A DNA stretch of 35,135 nucleotides from Octopus bimaculoides (taxonomy: Eukaryota): assembly GCF_001194135.2 (NCBI RefSeq), contig NC_068982.1, forward strand, positions 7,358,889 to 7,394,023. The letters run 5' to 3'. Numbering within the stretch: the stretch's first letter is position 1; the number at the start of each line of letters is the position of its first letter. The position numbers and the translations under genes were made by a program. The notes beneath the pieces are model-generated. The model was not told the DNA's origin. It did not search any database and worked only from the letters and a program-made list of their open reading frames with translations. Positions 33,040 through 35,135 of the stretch are shown here, in pieces.

Positions 33040-33430
33040 ATATTCTTTCAGTCATTAGCTTCACGTTATGACGGTTACAGTCCACTGACAAAAGAAGTCG
33101 AAAATATTGTACTCTGATATTTAACAGATTATTATAAACGTGAGGATGCAACATAACACTGTTTTTGTTTTGGCTAATGAAAGCCCAATCATAGGTATGG
33201 ACACACACGGACACACGGACACACGGACACACGGACACACGGACACACGGACTTATATGCGTGTATGCTTAATAAGCTTCTGTACAGTCTCTGCCTGCTA
33301 AATTCTTCCCATAGATTTTTGGACGTCTTGACATTATAATAGTATATAATTGCCCAATATGATGCGCTTGGGTAACGGACCATAAATCACCAGCATCTGA
33401 AACGGAACACGTTTGCACCTTACAAACGTA
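33040..33430 (-). mobile_element. Old, diverged family C SINE whose internal microsatellite has become a (GGACACAC)n octamer array (33199-33250)
   Basis: gcttctgtacagtctctgcctgctaaattc...ttgcccaa aligns loosely to the reverse complement of family C. The octamer array is seen directly. Confidence 0.45.
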
Positions 33431-33912
33431 TTACCTGTTTCAAAGATGTAACATCTAATCAAACCAATGAAACAAAATTTCATGACCTGTGACACGAAAA
33501 TAAATCTTAAAAGCAATACCATTTCTCAGTTTTAACAACCACAATGATTAGCTTTTTTCACTTCAGTTAGATTTTTAATATACTTCAGATGACATGAATA
33601 TATATGAAATATTTTATAAGAGCTCCACAAAATATTTGAGATCTTGTAAAGAATCAATTTTACAATATCCATTGTTATTACAGAAGCAAACTGAAACTAT
33701 CGGAAGGTTGCCGACAGATTAAAGAGTAAAGCAATGATATGCTGTCCCATGCCATACAAAGACGTTTTATTTACTTATATTTAATGGTTCAAACATTTAC
33801 TTTCTTTGGAGACAATACGCGGAATTAACGTCGAATTACTAAGTTAATGCCATACGATAAAATGTAATTTATATTTATAGCTTTGAGATTCTAGGGTTCG
33901 TTAGACATTTAT

Positions 33913-33946
<34 letters not shown>

Positions 33947-34639
33947 ATACAATATGATATTTGCGTGTGTTTGCGTATGTAAATGTAAATGTTTAAATAT
34001 GTTTTTTTTTATATATATACACAAGTCTATATGTATAGGCATATAAAGATATGCATATACGAGTATGCCTTTGTATGACATATATATGTGTTTGTTATAT
34101 CTACAATGACGGTTATGCTATGCATACGTGCATGAAAGAAAAATAACTATCTTCCAATGAATCTGATATAAGTCAATTTATATGCAGCAATCAATGATCT
34201 CTATGCATGTGAAACGAATCCATGGTTCTATTTATGTACAACTTCTTAACATTTCAAATTTCAAATGTACCTCAAATATCTTGTTTTATTAATGCAATAA
34301 CTTGCACAACGGAATGATTTTTATTGATGAGAATATGTGCGTATATATGTGTGTGTGCGTGTGTGTGTGTGTGAAAATATAAATAAGTGTGTATGTATAC
34401 ACACATACGCACTTATATGCATATATGTATAAAGTGAGAGAGAGAGAGAGAAAGTGAGAAAGAAGTGGGGGAATATAGATATATGATTTGCAATATGATA
34501 TATATACTTGATATATTGAAATGAATGTCATTGGTGTTCAAGGGCGATAACTGAACCCAACGGACCAGGTTTCTGTAAGAAGCCGGTGGAACTTTAATTC
34601 GCAGAGGACTGAAGCTGATTTAAATAATAACGATATTTA

Positions 34640-34700
34640 TCTAATATAATAGAAATGAAAACTAATTTCTGTGTGTCAGTGTGGCACACTTTGACCCCAC
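34640..34700 (+). mobile_element. Possible isolated Helitron 5' terminus
   Basis: A|TCTAATATAATAGAAATGAAAA...TGTGTGTC resembles the 12959 and 14279 termini (TCT..ATATAAA.ATGAGAATGTGTGT). Confidence 0.35.
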
Positions 34701-34796
34701 TCTCTCTCTCACTATTCAACGACACTTCTACTATTCCTCGTGCTGAGATGAGAGTAATAGTAGACATAGAGGCGGTGAGGGCGATGGTGAAGAGAG

Positions 34797-34802
34797 ACAG
34801 AG

Positions 34803-34844
<42 letters not shown>

Positions 34845-34870
34845 GAAGGAAGAAAGAAAGAAAGAAAACA
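34797..34870 (+). repeat. (GAAA)n purine-rich repeat
   Basis: Seen directly. Confidence 0.9.
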
Positions 34871-35135
34871 GAAAAAGGCAAGAAAGAGAGAAAGGAAGAA
34901 AGACAAGGAGGGGGAGAAAAGGAGAGACAAAAAATGTTAGGGAGAGTTAATGATGTGTTATTAAAAGTAGTAGTGCTGATGGTGGCAGTAGGAGTAATAA
35001 TAAAAGAGGAAGAGTGGGTATGTGAGAGAAAGAGGGAGATGATGTACAACTTTGTTTAACCATGTCTCTTTGAAAGAAATTCCAGTGGCCAACATACTGA
35101 ACACTATCATTTTTACTTTATTTTTTTTGCTTTCT

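Noticed and set aside
33199-33250. Regular repeats as a CRISPR array or prokaryotic system
   Set aside because: Simple octamer tandem without spacers, no cas genes, eukaryotic context.

Overview
Eukaryotic, AT-rich, microsatellite-dense, essentially non-coding DNA (intronic or intergenic) from a gapped short-read scaffold with 9 N-gaps, most flanked by (TA)n. The repeat families resemble, from memory, those of octopus (coleoid cephalopod) genomes; this is an inference, not a database result. No intact protein-coding gene, rRNA, true tRNA gene or CRISPR array is supported. Almost all long ORFs in the track are N-run or microsatellite artefacts. Recognisable content: (1) stacked Dong/R4-like LINE 3' ends inserted in (TAA)n, plus a Dong/R4-like RT fragment; (2) a decayed L1/Tx1-like ORF2 end with a CCHC knuckle and 3' UTR; (3) a Helitron cluster (12.2-14.3 kb) with Rep and PIF1-helicase remnants and a canonical hairpin-CTAG end; (4) at least five tRNA-derived SINE-like families, called A-E here; (5) a TA-flanked MITE and several long inverted repeats. 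Most notable: a tRNA-headed short element carrying an apparently intact minimal type I hammerhead ribozyme of the Penelope/dimer type (7274-7317), with related hammerhead remnants elsewhere. Also notable is a SINE subfamily whose 3' tail matches the Tx1-like LINE 3' end in the same window and which appears to have inserted into its own family.
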